DNA of 64,000 bases, taken from an uncultured Actinomycetota bacterium (lineage in GTDB: Bacteria; Actinomycetota; Actinomycetes; Jiangellales; Jiangellaceae). Positions 1 to 9,514 of the stretch are shown here, one piece after another. The position numbers were made by a program, and so were the translations under genes. Numbering within the stretch: the first letter of the stretch is position 1; every line of letters begins with the position of its first letter. Location: assembly GCA_963799425.1 (NCBI GenBank), contig CAWCXA010000011.1, positions 99,263 through 163,262 on the forward strand, in the 5' to 3' direction. The notes under the pieces are model-generated. The model worked only from the letters and a program-made list of their open reading frames with translations, searched no databases and was not told the origin of the DNA.

Positions 1-40
1 GCCGGGGACGACACGCGCCGGTCGGCGCGAGGGTGACTCC

Positions 41-217
41 ATGAATGAGACCTGTGACCGGTGCGGACCAGCGGTCCGCGCGATGTATCGCCTCGATGGC
101 GCCGGCGATCTCTACCTGTGCGGACACTGCTGTAGCCAGCTAAGGCCGGCGCTGTCCGCACGGGGCGGGACCATGCGGCCCATCAGCGAGCATGCGCTCG
201 TCCGGTGGGCAAGCTAG
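41..217 (+). CDS. small Cys4 zinc-ribbon-like protein (58 aa), below the ORF-track length cutoff
   Basis: ATG at 41 and TAG at 215-217. The translation MNETCDRCGPAVRAMYRLDGAGDLYLCGHCCSQLRPALSARGG... carries CDRC and CGHC pairs. It resembles small conserved actinobacterial CxxC...CxHx proteins. GAGGG purine run about 10 nt upstream. Confidence 0.5.
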   Translation: MNETCDRCGPAVRAMYRLDGAGDLYLCGHCCSQLRPALSARGGTMRPISEHALVRWAS

Positions 218-468
218 CGGACGCCGACCCTGAATCGCCCGGTCCCGGCAGGCCCCGCTGTCACCTCGGGGGCGTGCGGTTCAGGCTGGTGCGCCGACGG
301 AGTCGTAGTCTGCGGCTGGGCTCGCCGTTGCGCGGCATAGCACCGAGCTTAGATTCCGAGACTGGCCCTGCAGGTTAGTGAGTACGCGCGTGACGTGCGC
401 CGGATCTTTGTTGGCCTACGTTGTTCATGTCGGCGTGACTTGCCTGGTGAGCGGCGGGACCATCAAGC

Positions 469-3219
469 ATGGGCATGTCCAGCGGTGATCCGGGGACGGG
501 GCTGCTGGACCGGCGCGGCGAGCGGGCGGCAGTGGACCGGGTGCTGGACCAGGCGCGGGCGGGCAGCAGCGCCGTGTTGGTGGTGCGCGGCGAGCCCGGG
601 ATCGGCAAGACGGTGCTGCTGGACTATGCGGCGAGCCAGGCGTCGGTTTCGGACATGCGTGTGGTCCGGGGCTGGGGCGTCGAGTCGGAGATGGAACTTC
701 CGTTCGCCGGGCTGCACCAGCTGTGCATGCCGTTGCTTGGCCGGTTGGAACGGCTGCCGGGGCCGCAGCGTGACGCGCTGGCGGTCGCCTTCGGGATGCT
801 GGAGGGGCCGGCCCCGGATCGGTTCCTGGTCGGCCTGGCGGTGTTGGGTCTGTTGGCCACGGCGGCTGAGGACCAGCCGCTGGCCTGTGTGCTGGATGAC
901 GCGCAGTGGCTCGACCGGGCCTCGGTGCAGTGCCTGGCGTTTGCGGCGCGGCGGCTGCTGGCCGAGCCGATCGCGCTGATCTTCGCGGTGCGCGGGCTTA
1001 GCGACGACCATGAACTGGCTGGGATGCCCGAGCTGACCGTTACCGGGCTCGGCCACGACGACGCGCGCACCTTGTTGGCTACGGCGGTCGGTGTACGGGT
1101 GGACGCCGAGGTGCGGGACCGGATCGTGGCCGAGACACGCGGCAACCCGCTGGCCCTGCTGCAGCTGCCCCGCGGTCTGGGACCGGCCGAGCTGGCCGGC
1201 GGGTTCTGGCTGCCCGGCACCCTGCCGCTGACGAGCCGCATCGAAAACAGCTTTCACCGGCAGTTCCAGTCCCTGCCGCGCGAAACACAGCGGCTGCTGC
1301 TGACCGCCGCGGCCGAGCCGACTGGCGCCGTGACCTTGTTGTGGCGCGCAGGCGAGCTGCAGGGGATCCCGGCCGAGGCCGCCGCGCCTGCGCAGGCCGT
1401 GGGACTGGTCGAGCTGGGCGCCCGGGTGCATTTCGGCCATCCGCTGGTCCGTTCGGCGGTCTATCAGGCGGCCTCTGCTGGCGACCGGCGGGAGGCGCAT
1501 CGCGCGCTGGCCGAGGCCACCGACGCTGAGGTTGATCCCGACCGGCGCGCCTGGCATCGCGCCCACGCTGCGACGGGGCCGCACGAGGAGGTGGCTACCG
1601 AGCTGGAGCGCTCGGCCGGGCGCGCCCAGGCGCGTGGTGGCCTGGCGGCGGCGGCTGCGTTCCTCGAGCGCGCGGCGGCACTGACACCGGACCCGGCGAA
1701 GCGCGCCGACCGCGCGCTCGCTGCCGCTCAGGCGAAAGTTCAGGCGGGCGCGTTCGAGGCGGCGGTGAAGCTGCTGGGTATGGCCGAGGCGGCACCGCTC
1801 GACGAGTTACAGCGTGCTCGCGTTGATCTGCTGCGGGCTCAGCTCGCGTTCGCAGCAAGCCGGGGCAGCGATGCCTCGCCACTGCTGCTGAGGGCGGCCA
1901 AACGGCTTGAGCCCATCGACGCCGATCTGGCCCGTGCCACTTATCTGGACGCGCTGAATGCCGCGCTGTTCGCGGGTCGCTTGGCAAGTCCGGGCGGAAC
2001 GCCGCAGGAGGTGGCAGCGGCAGCGCGTAAGGCGCCACGGCCGCCGCACCCGCCACGCGCGCCGGATCTCCTGCTGGACGGCCTGGCCGCGAAGTACAGC
2101 GAAGGATACGCGGCAGGATTGCCCCTACTGCGGCGCGCATTGAGCGCCTTCGACGGGGAGACGTCGGCGGAAGAGGATCTTCGTTGGCTGTGGCTGGCCT
2201 GTATCGCTGCTGTCGATCTGTGGGACGACGACCGGTGGGAGACGCTGTCCGTTCGGCTCCTACATCTCACCCGCGACTGCGGCGCTCTCAGCGAGCTTCC
2301 CCTCGCCCTGACCCAACGCATCTACGCGCTCCTGTTCGCCGGTGAGCTGGCCGCCGCGGCTTCCCTCGTCGAGGAAATGCAGGTCGTCACCGAGGCAACG
2401 GGAACCCGCATGACGCCCTACGGTGATGTGTGCCTCGCCGCGCTGCGGGGCCGCGAAGGCGGGATCTCCGACCTGGCCACCGCCACCAAGGACGAAGCCA
2501 TGCAACGTGGCGAGGGTATCGGGATCGGCCTCACTGATTGGGCGACCGCAGTACACGATAACGGTCTTGGCCACTACGAGAACGCGATGGCAGCAGCCGA
2601 AACGGCCTACGCATACCTCTCTGACGTGAGCGCCTCAGTGAACTGGAGTCTGGTCGAGCTGGTCGAGGCGGCCACCCGCTGCGGGTTGCCCGAGCGCGCC
2701 ACCGACGGAGTGCGGCGGCTGTCGGAGTGCACCGGGGCCACCGGCACCGATTGGGCGCTCGGGGTCGAGGCGCGTTCCCGGGCACTGGTGAGCGACGGCG
2801 AGACCGCTGATCGTCTGTACCGTGAGGCGATCGCGCGGCTCGGCCGCACCCGCATGCGGGTGGATCTGGCCCGCGCGCATCTCGTCTACGGCGAATGGCT
2901 ACGGCGTGAGGATCGCCGTACCGATGCGCGCGAGCAGCTTCGCGTCGCGCACGAGATGCTGACCGCGATGGGGATGGACGGTTTCGCCGACCGCGCCCGC
3001 CGCGAGCTGCTGGCCACCGGGGAAACCGTGCGCAAGCGCACGGTGGACACGCTCACCGATCTCACCGCGCAGGAGGCCCAGATCGCCAAGCTAGCCCGCG
3101 ACGGGCGCACCAACCAGGAGATCGGCGGCCAGCTGTTCATCAGCCCTCGCACCGTCGAGTGGCACCTGGGCAACGTCTTCACCAAGCTGGGCATCACATC
3201 ACGCAAAGACCTCCGCTGA
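469..3219 (+). CDS. LAL-type LuxR-family transcriptional regulator (N-terminal P-loop NTPase, helical repeat middle, C-terminal LuxR HTH)
   Basis: 916-aa ORF. Walker A GEPGIGKT near the N-terminus, a long Ala/Leu-rich helical middle, and a C-terminal HTH (TAQEAQIAKLARDGRTNQEIGGQLFISPRTVEWHLGNVFTKLGI). Confidence 0.9.
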   Translation: MGMSSGDPGTGLLDRRGERAAVDRVLDQARAGSSAVLVVRGEPGIGKTVLLDYAASQASVSDMRVVRGWGVESEMELPFAGLHQLCMPLLGRLERLPGPQRDALAVAFGMLEGPAPDRFLVGLAVLGLLATAAEDQPLACVLDDAQWLDRASVQCLAFAARRLLAEPIALIFAVRGLSDDHELAGMPELTVTGLGHDDARTLLATAVGVRVDAEVRDRIVAETRGNPLALLQLPRGLGPAELAGGFWLPGTLPLTSRIENSFHRQFQSLPRETQRLLLTAAAEPTGAVTLLWRAGELQGIPAEAAAPAQAVGLVELGARVHFGHPLVRSAVYQAASAGDRREAHRALAEATDAEVDPDRRAWHRAHAATGPHEEVATELERSAGRAQARGGLAAAAAFLERAAALTPDPAKRADRALAAAQAKVQAGAFEAAVKLLGMAEAAPLDELQRARVDLLRAQLAFAASRGSDASPLLLRAAKRLEPIDADLARATYLDALNAALFAGRLASPGGTPQEVAAAARKAPRPPHPPRAPDLLLDGLAAKYSEGYAAGLPLLRRALSAFDGETSAEEDLRWLWLACIAAVDLWDDDRWETLSVRLLHLTRDCGALSELPLALTQRIYALLFAGELAAAASLVEEMQVVTEATGTRMTPYGDVCLAALRGREGGISDLATATKDEAMQRGEGIGIGLTDWATAVHDNGLGHYENAMAAAETAYAYLSDVSASVNWSLVELVEAATRCGLPERATDGVRRLSECTGATGTDWALGVEARSRALVSDGETADRLYREAIARLGRTRMRVDLARAHLVYGEWLRREDRRTDAREQLRVAHEMLTAMGMDGFADRARRELLATGETVRKRTVDTLTDLTAQEAQIAKLARDGRTNQEIGGQLFISPRTVEWHLGNVFTKLGITSRKDLR

Positions 3220-3511
3220 CCCCATCGCCCGCGATCCGCGAGGACGTCCCGAGCAGTGGTCAACTCGCCGCAGCGCCTGCCGCGCTGCTGGGAGCAAGCG
3301 CACACGCAGGCCTTGCCGGTCCCCGTGCCCGGGCACAACCCGGTGCCATCTGCGGAGAAGCGCAGGTAGTCCTGGTTGCTGTCCCAGTCGCCTAGCGGTA
3401 GCCACTCTAGGCTCCGGACATCCGACGGCAGGCCCGAGTCATAGTGCCGACGTGGCTGCTGAACGCTGGACTCTTGACTGTCCGGCCGGTTAGCGGCTTG
3501 CAGATCGAGCC

Positions 3512-6265
3512 GTGGGGCCATCCACTTGGAGTGTGGCCGGCGGTGATGGCGAAGCCAGGTTGCTCGGCCGGCGCGGCGAGCGCGCAGCGGTGGATCGGGT
3601 GCTGGAGCGGGCGCGGGCGGGTAACAGTGCCGTGCTGGTGGTGCGCGGCGAGCCGGGGATCGGCAAGACGGTGCTGCTGGACTATGCGGTGAGCCGGGCG
3701 TCGGACTTCCGCGTTATCCGGGCCTCGGGCGTCGAGTCGGAGGTGGAGCTTCCGTTCGCCGGGCTGCACCAGTTGTGTGTGCCGTTGCTTGGCCGGTTGG
3801 AGCTGTTGCCGAAGCCGCAGCGGGAGGCGCTGGCGGTCGCCTTCGGGATGCTGGAGGGGCAGGCTCCGGATCGTTTCCTGGTGGGCCTGGCGGTGTTGAG
3901 TCTGCTGGCCGCGGCGGCGTCGGACCGGCCGCTGGCCTGTGTGGTGGACGACGCGCAGTGGCTCGATCAGTCCTCAGTGCGGTCACTGACGTTTGCGGCG
4001 CGGCGGCTGCTGGCCGAGCCAGTGGCCTTGATCTTCGCGGCGCGGGAACTCAGCGACGAGGATGAGCTGGCTGGCATGCCCGAGCTGACGGTCTCACGAC
4101 TTGGCGATCCCGACGCGCGCACCTTGCTGGCTTCGGCGGTCCCCGGGCGGCTGGACTCGCGGGTGCAGGATCGGATTGTCGCCGAGACGCGCGGCAACCC
4201 GCTTGCCCTGCTGCAGCTGCCGCGCGGTCTGGGACCTGCCGAGCTGGCCGGCGGCTTCTGGCTTCCGGGCACGCGACCGCTGGCGAGCCGCATTGAACAC
4301 AGCTTCTTTCGGCAGTTTCAGGCGCTCCCACGTCACACGCAGCGGCTGCTATTGACGGCCGCGGCTGAGCCAGTCGGCGATGTGACCTTGCTCTGGCGTG
4401 CTGCCCAGCTACAGGAAATTCCCGCCGACGCGGCGGCGCCTGCCGAGGCTGCGGGATTGGTCGAGTTCGGCGCCGCGGTCCGGTTCGTCCATCCCCTGGC
4501 GCGCTCCTCGGTCTACCGGTGGGCGTCTGCGGGTGACCGGCGAACCGCGCATGGCGCGCTGGCCGAGGCCACCGATGCGGAGGCCGATCCCGATCGGCGC
4601 GCCTGGCATCTGGCCGAAGCTGCCGGCGGCCCCGACGAGGACGTCGCCGCCGAGCTCGTGCGGGCGGCCGACCGCGCCGAGGCGCGCGGCGGACTAGCCG
4701 CCGCGGCAGCGTTTCTCGAGCGCGCCGCCGCGCTGACACCCGAGCGCTCGCGCCGTGCCCAGCGGGCCTTGGCGGCGGCGCAGAGCAAGTACGAAGCAGG
4801 CGCACTCGACGACGCCCTGGCACTCCTCGGCGCCGCGGAGGCCGGCGCGCTGGACGACTCCCAGCGCGCCCGCGTGCATTTGCTGCGCGCTCAGATCGCG
4901 TTCGCGTCCAGGCGCGGCAGGGACGCGCCCCAGCTGTTGCTGAAGGCCGCTTGCGAACTCGAAGCAGTCGACCCCAACCTCGCGCGTACGACCTACCTCG
5001 AGGCCCTCTCGGCAGCAATGTTCGCTGGCCGCCTGGTCCGCGGCGGCGGCGCGGTGGAGATCAGCGAGGCTGCGCTGGCTGGTCCCCCACCGCCGGCAGC
5101 GCCGGGTCCCTCAGATCTCCTCCTCCAAGGGTTGGCGGTTCAGTTCACCGCGGGCTACGCGGCGGGCGCGCCGATCATCAAGGAGGCGCTCCGCGCCTTT
5201 CGCGGGACGACCGCCCTCGCACCAGAGGATGCCCGTTGGCTCTGGTTCGCCAGCCAGATCGCGTTGCATCTGTGGGACGACGCGTCTTGGACCGTGCTCT
5301 CGACGCGGCACCTCGAGCTCGTACGCGAGGCCGGGGCGCTGACCGCGCTGCCGTTTGTCCTCGCCAATCGCAGCAGTGTCTACGCGTGGTCCGGCGAGTT
5401 GGCCGTGGCGGCCTCGCTCGAGGAGGAGCTGCGGGCCGCCATCGAGGCGACCGGGATCGCCCCTGTCCCCTACGGTGCCCTCTCGATTGCGGCTCTGCGT
5501 GGTCGCGAGACCGAGTTCTCGGAGCTCATCCAAACGTCGGTCGGGGAGGCCGAAGCGCGCGGGGAGGGGCTCGCGCTGACCGTCACCGAGATGCTTCGTG
5601 GAACGCTGTACCTCGGGCTCGGCCGCTACGACGAGGCCCTGGCCGCGGTCCGGCAAGCCGAGCGCTACCAACACGAGGGCCCGGCGATGTGGACGCTCAC
5701 CGAGCTGATCCAGGCGGCCGTCCGGTCGGGACAGCCTCAGCTAGCCGGCCATGCGCTTGAGTTGCTCGTGGAGACGACCCGCGCCGCCGGCACCGACTGG
5801 GCGCTCGGGATGGAAGCCCTCTGCCGCGCCCTGCTCAGTGACGGCGTTCCCGCCGAGCGGCTCTATCAGGAGGCGATCAAGCGGCTCGGGCGCTCGACCA
5901 TACGCGTGCAGCTGGCCCGCGCGCATCTGCTGTACGGCGAATGGCTCCGGCGCGAGGAGCGCCGGACCGATGCGCGCGAGCAGCTTCGCGTCGCCCACGA
6001 GATGCTGACCGAGATGGGTATGGAAGGTTTCGCCGACCGCGCCCGCCGCGAGCTGCTGGCTACCGGGGAGACCGTGCGCAGGCGCACGGTCGAGACAATT
6101 GACGAGCTCACGGCCCAAGAGGCCCAGATCGCCAAGCTAGCCCGGGATGGGCGCACCAACCAGGAGATCGGGGGCCAGCTGTTCATCAGCCCCCGCACCG
6201 TCGAGTGGCACCTGGGCAACATCTTCAGCAAGTTGGGCATCACCTCCCGCAAAGACCTCGGCTGA
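3512..6265 (+). CDS. LAL-type LuxR-family transcriptional regulator, tandem paralogue of 469..3219
   Basis: 917-aa ORF with the same architecture (GEPGIGKT; C-terminal TAQEAQIAKLARDGRTNQEIGGQLFISPRTVEWHLGNIFSKLGI). GTG start at 3512; an alternative in-frame GTG lies at 3533. Confidence 0.9.
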   Translation: MGPSTWSVAGGDGEARLLGRRGERAAVDRVLERARAGNSAVLVVRGEPGIGKTVLLDYAVSRASDFRVIRASGVESEVELPFAGLHQLCVPLLGRLELLPKPQREALAVAFGMLEGQAPDRFLVGLAVLSLLAAAASDRPLACVVDDAQWLDQSSVRSLTFAARRLLAEPVALIFAARELSDEDELAGMPELTVSRLGDPDARTLLASAVPGRLDSRVQDRIVAETRGNPLALLQLPRGLGPAELAGGFWLPGTRPLASRIEHSFFRQFQALPRHTQRLLLTAAAEPVGDVTLLWRAAQLQEIPADAAAPAEAAGLVEFGAAVRFVHPLARSSVYRWASAGDRRTAHGALAEATDAEADPDRRAWHLAEAAGGPDEDVAAELVRAADRAEARGGLAAAAAFLERAAALTPERSRRAQRALAAAQSKYEAGALDDALALLGAAEAGALDDSQRARVHLLRAQIAFASRRGRDAPQLLLKAACELEAVDPNLARTTYLEALSAAMFAGRLVRGGGAVEISEAALAGPPPPAAPGPSDLLLQGLAVQFTAGYAAGAPIIKEALRAFRGTTALAPEDARWLWFASQIALHLWDDASWTVLSTRHLELVREAGALTALPFVLANRSSVYAWSGELAVAASLEEELRAAIEATGIAPVPYGALSIAALRGRETEFSELIQTSVGEAEARGEGLALTVTEMLRGTLYLGLGRYDEALAAVRQAERYQHEGPAMWTLTELIQAAVRSGQPQLAGHALELLVETTRAAGTDWALGMEALCRALLSDGVPAERLYQEAIKRLGRSTIRVQLARAHLLYGEWLRREERRTDAREQLRVAHEMLTEMGMEGFADRARRELLATGETVRRRTVETIDELTAQEAQIAKLARDGRTNQEIGGQLFISPRTVEWHLGNIFSKLGITSRKDLG

Positions 6266-6499
6266 CATCGTCGCCGCGACTGTTACAGCTCCTCGATGGC
6301 GGCCTGCGCAGTTCCTGCACCGAATCCGTCGCATCGCCGATTACCCGAGCAGGGGATGACGGGATAGTCGAATCGTCGGCACACGCTCCGCCGCCGACGT
6401 CAGAGCCTCACCAACAGCACGACGTTCAGGATCCTGCAGTCCTTGCGTCACGACATCGGCGCCGGATCGCAGGTCCATCCCCTGAGAGAAGGGACCGGC

Positions 6500-7072
6500 A
6501 TGCCTCGCATCGGTGTCATTCTTGGAAGTACCCGCCCTGGTCGGCGAGGTGAGCAGGTCGCCCGATGGGTGATGGACATCGCCAGTCGGCGCAACGACGG
6601 AGAGTTCGAGCTCGTCGACCTCGCCGACTACCCGCTCCCGCACTTGGACGAGCCGCTGCCGCCAAGCATGGGTCAATACCAGAACGCGCATACACAGCAC
6701 TGGGCGGCGACCATCGGGCGCTTCGACGGTTTCGTCTTCGTCACACCCGAGTACAACCACTCCACCTCGGGCGTGCTCAAGAACGCGATCGACTACCTCT
6801 ACGCCGAGTGGAACGACAAAGCCATGGGCGTCGTCTCCTATGGCGCCGTCGGCGGCGCGAGAGCCGCCGAGCACCTGCGCCTGATCGCTGGTGAGCTGCA
6901 GATGGCAGACGTACGGACGAATGTTGCACTGTCCTTGTTCAACGACTTCGAGAACTTCACCGACCTCACACCCGCCGCGTACCAGCGGGAGGCGCTGGAG
7001 ACACTGCTCAGTCAGGTCATCGCCTGGAGTCAGGCGCTGGCACCGCTCCGCACGCTTCTTCGCGCCGCCTGA
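6500..7072 (+). CDS. NAD(P)H-dependent FMN reductase-family oxidoreductase
   Basis: ORF 6443..7072 trimmed to ATG 6500 (MPRIGVILGSTRPGRRG...). Flavodoxin-like FMN_red pattern VFVTPEYNHSTSGVLKNAIDYL. Confidence 0.8.
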   Translation: MPRIGVILGSTRPGRRGEQVARWVMDIASRRNDGEFELVDLADYPLPHLDEPLPPSMGQYQNAHTQHWAATIGRFDGFVFVTPEYNHSTSGVLKNAIDYLYAEWNDKAMGVVSYGAVGGARAAEHLRLIAGELQMADVRTNVALSLFNDFENFTDLTPAAYQREALETLLSQVIAWSQALAPLRTLLRAA

Positions 7073-7107
7073 CATCTACGACTGCCCTTGACAGGAGGTA
7101 CCTGGTC

Positions 7108-7989
7108 ATGAATGTGACACTCACCGGTGCAACCGGGTTCATCGGATCTCACGTACTGGCGGAGCTCCAAGCACACGGTCACGAGGTGACGGCGCTTGTG
7201 CGCGACGACGCCCAGGCCGACGTCGTCTCCGCCCGTGGCGCCAAGCCGACCGTCGTCGACCTCTATGACCGACCGGCGGTAGCCGATCTGCTCAGCAGTG
7301 CAGACGGAGCTATCCACACCGCCAGTCCGGGCGACGCCACCAGCGCAGCCTTGGATTCGGCCGTCGTGGATGCCGCGATCAATGCGTTCGCGGGCACTGG
7401 CAAGCCATACCTTCACATCAGCGGTCTATGGGTGTACGGCGCCAACCCGTCCATCACCGAGCAGTCCCCTTTCAATGCACCTGCACTGGTGTCGTGGAGG
7501 GAACCGATCGAACGCCGAATACTCAGCGCGGAAGACATGCGCGGAGTCGTGATCGTTTCCGGTGTCGCGTACGGCGACGGGGGCGGCGGGGTTCCCGGAC
7601 TGCTTCTGGGATCGCCCCGAGACGACGCGGGCAATCTGATCATGCTCGGCACGGGACAACAACACTGGCCGACCGTCCATGTTGCGGATCTGGCTGACAT
7701 GTTCCGCCGCGCGTTCGAATCCGGCTCGGCCCGCGGCTACTACGTCATCGGCAACGGAGAGAATTCGACCGCTGCGGACCTGACCGCAGCGGCCGCCGTC
7801 GCAGTCGGCGCTCCGGGAGCGGTTCCCGGTTCAGACGACGAGGCTCGGGCGCGCTTAGGCGACTACTTTGCCGAAGTCCTCCTGCTCGATCAGAGCACCG
7901 TCGCAGCCAAGGCTCGATCAGAGCTTGGTTGGTCCCCCAGCCACCCGGGACTCGTCGACGAGTTCCGCCACGGTAGCTATCGGAAGTGA
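7108..7989 (+). CDS. NAD-dependent epimerase/dehydratase-family (atypical SDR) protein
   Basis: 293 aa. N-terminal Rossmann motif MNVTLTGATGFIGSHV. AGGAGG about 9 nt upstream of the ATG. Confidence 0.8.
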   Translation: MNVTLTGATGFIGSHVLAELQAHGHEVTALVRDDAQADVVSARGAKPTVVDLYDRPAVADLLSSADGAIHTASPGDATSAALDSAVVDAAINAFAGTGKPYLHISGLWVYGANPSITEQSPFNAPALVSWREPIERRILSAEDMRGVVIVSGVAYGDGGGGVPGLLLGSPRDDAGNLIMLGTGQQHWPTVHVADLADMFRRAFESGSARGYYVIGNGENSTAADLTAAAAVAVGAPGAVPGSDDEARARLGDYFAEVLLLDQSTVAAKARSELGWSPSHPGLVDEFRHGSYRK

Positions 7990-8012
7990 GAGTCTGCGGA
8001 GCCTGATCCATC

Positions 8013-8894
8013 GTGGGTACCTCGACATTCCCACTCGGCAGCCGCCAAGTGCGACGGACTGGGTACGGCGCGATGCAGCTCGCCGGCCCCAACGTCTTCG
8101 GCGGGCCGGACGACCCGGTCGCTGCCATGGGCGTTCTGCGAGCTGCCGTCGCCGCCGGAGTCGATCACATCGACACTGCCCAGTACTACGGTCCGGACAT
8201 CGTCAACGAGCTGATCCGCGACGCGCTCTACCCCTACTCGCCGGAGCTGGCGATCGTCAGCAAGGTCGCTGCCCGCCGGGACGAGGTGGGCGCGGTGCTG
8301 CCCTATGACGACCCCGACCAGCTGCGCGCGGGCATCGAGGACAACCTGCGCAGCCTAAGGGTGGACCGGCTGGCCGCGGTCAACCTGCGCCTGCTCGGGC
8401 ACGGCCTGGTCGACGCCCGCTTCGACGACCAGCTGGCCGCCATGGTGCAAGCCCGCGACGACGGGCTCATCGCGGGAGTTGGGTTGAGCAACGTCAGCCT
8501 CGAACAACTGCGGCACGCCCTACAGGGCACCGACATCGTCTGCGTGCAGAACATGTTCCACCTCGCCGACCGCGGGGACGCCCCGGTCCTCGCCGAATGC
8601 TTCAACCGGGGCATCGCCTACGTCCCGTTTTGCCCACTGGGCTGGCCGCGTGGCCGGGCCAACCCGGTCCTCACCAACCCGGTGGTCATCACAACGGCCG
8701 CCCGCCTCGGCATCACTCCGGCGCAAGCTGCGCTGCGCTGGCTGCTTCAAGTCGCGCCAAACGTCCTGCTGATCCCCGGCACGGCCTCGCTTGCTCATCT
8801 CAAGGACAACCTGGCTGCCGAAGACGCGGTTCTTGACGAGCAAGCGCTGCGCGATCTTGACGGGGTCGGCGTCACGCGGCGCAGTTGGCCTTGA
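8013..8894 (+). CDS. aldo/keto reductase
   Basis: 293 aa with a GTG start. AKR-like motifs GYGAMQLAG, DHIDTAQYYG and LRVDRLAAVNLR. Confidence 0.85.
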   Translation: MGTSTFPLGSRQVRRTGYGAMQLAGPNVFGGPDDPVAAMGVLRAAVAAGVDHIDTAQYYGPDIVNELIRDALYPYSPELAIVSKVAARRDEVGAVLPYDDPDQLRAGIEDNLRSLRVDRLAAVNLRLLGHGLVDARFDDQLAAMVQARDDGLIAGVGLSNVSLEQLRHALQGTDIVCVQNMFHLADRGDAPVLAECFNRGIAYVPFCPLGWPRGRANPVLTNPVVITTAARLGITPAQAALRWLLQVAPNVLLIPGTASLAHLKDNLAAEDAVLDEQALRDLDGVGVTRRSWP

Positions 8895-8984
8895 GGAACA
8901 GCTGGGCATCAGCTCGGGGGAAGCGATGGACGCTGCGTGCGATCGCGGCACCCAAGTAGTCGACGGTGAGCTGGTCGACGCGGC

Positions 8985-9206
8985 TCACAAACGGAGCCAC
9001 ACGCTCAGGAGGCTAAGCACACGGGCAGTCGGATAGAACACAAGGCATGCGCCGACGAAGCCGCCGGCGAAGCAGAACACGAGTTAACGGATCGGCCCGA
9101 AGGCGTCCTCGACGTTCCTTCCGAAGATGTCCAGGAACAGCAGGTTGCCGAGGATGTGATCCTGACTGCCATGCGTCCAGCTCGGATTCGCTGCGCAGAA
9201 AGCTGC
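8985..9206 (-). pseudogene. rhomboid-family intramembrane protease remnant (TM2-TM3 region only, in-frame TAA)
   Basis: The minus-strand translation is AAFCAANPSWTHGSQDHILGNLLFLDIFGRNVEDAFGPIR*LVFCFAGGFVGACLVFYPTARVLSLLSV. It keeps the rhomboid H-x3-N and FG-x-NVE-D motif, but no N-terminus and no GxSG or His of the catalytic dyad were found. The stop lies at 9084-9086. Confidence 0.4.
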
Positions 9207-9514
9207 TGACCTGCACGAGTGAGGAGATGGCACTGCCAGGGATGAATCCGAGCTGACCGGTGACCAGTGCGTACCCGATCCACCCCGGCTGCACGGCCGC
9301 ACCGAGCAGCCAGCCCCACCACGCCCGGCGTCCAGCCGACCACAGGGCAAGCACCTGCAGGCCCGTCAGGACCCAAGGCCAGTACACAGGCGCCCCGAGG
9401 CGCGTGTCGATCCGTCCAGGAGGACACCATGACGCCCAGCGCCAGGCTGCCGCTGAGGGCGCAGAAGACCGCAAGTCGCCGGTAGCGGTCGCGGCGCATG
9501 ACGATGCTCGTCAT
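9196..9514 (-). pseudogene. small multi-TM membrane protein gene, apparently frameshifted near 9400
   Basis: ATG at 9514 overlaps the AI-2E stop (ATGA) and gives MTSIVMRRDRYRRLAVFCALSGSLALGVMVSSW. Protein-like TM sequence then continues only in another frame (VYWPWVLTGLQVLALWSAGRRAWWGWLLGAAVQPGWIGYALVTGQLGFIPGSAISSLVQVSSFL). The original frame becomes Arg/Ala/Cys-rich nonsense. Confidence 0.35.

Noticed and set aside
469-6265. Tandem P-loop/STAND-like proteins as an anti-phage defence pair
   Set aside because: The C-termini are LuxR DNA-binding domains. There are no nuclease, protease, TIR or other effector domains, and no neighbouring defence genes. This fits ordinary LAL regulators.
6279-6400. 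Short minus-strand Cys-rich ORF (VCRRFDYPVIPCSGNRRCDGFGAGTAQAAIEEL) downstream of the second LuxR gene
   Set aside because: It has only 33 codons from a GTG, no RBS and no recognisable family, so it cannot be supported as a gene or precursor peptide.
7700-7730. GTTCGAATCC T-loop-like sequence suggesting a tRNA
   Set aside because: The flanking bases cannot form a T-arm or acceptor stem, and it lies in frame within the epimerase-family CDS.
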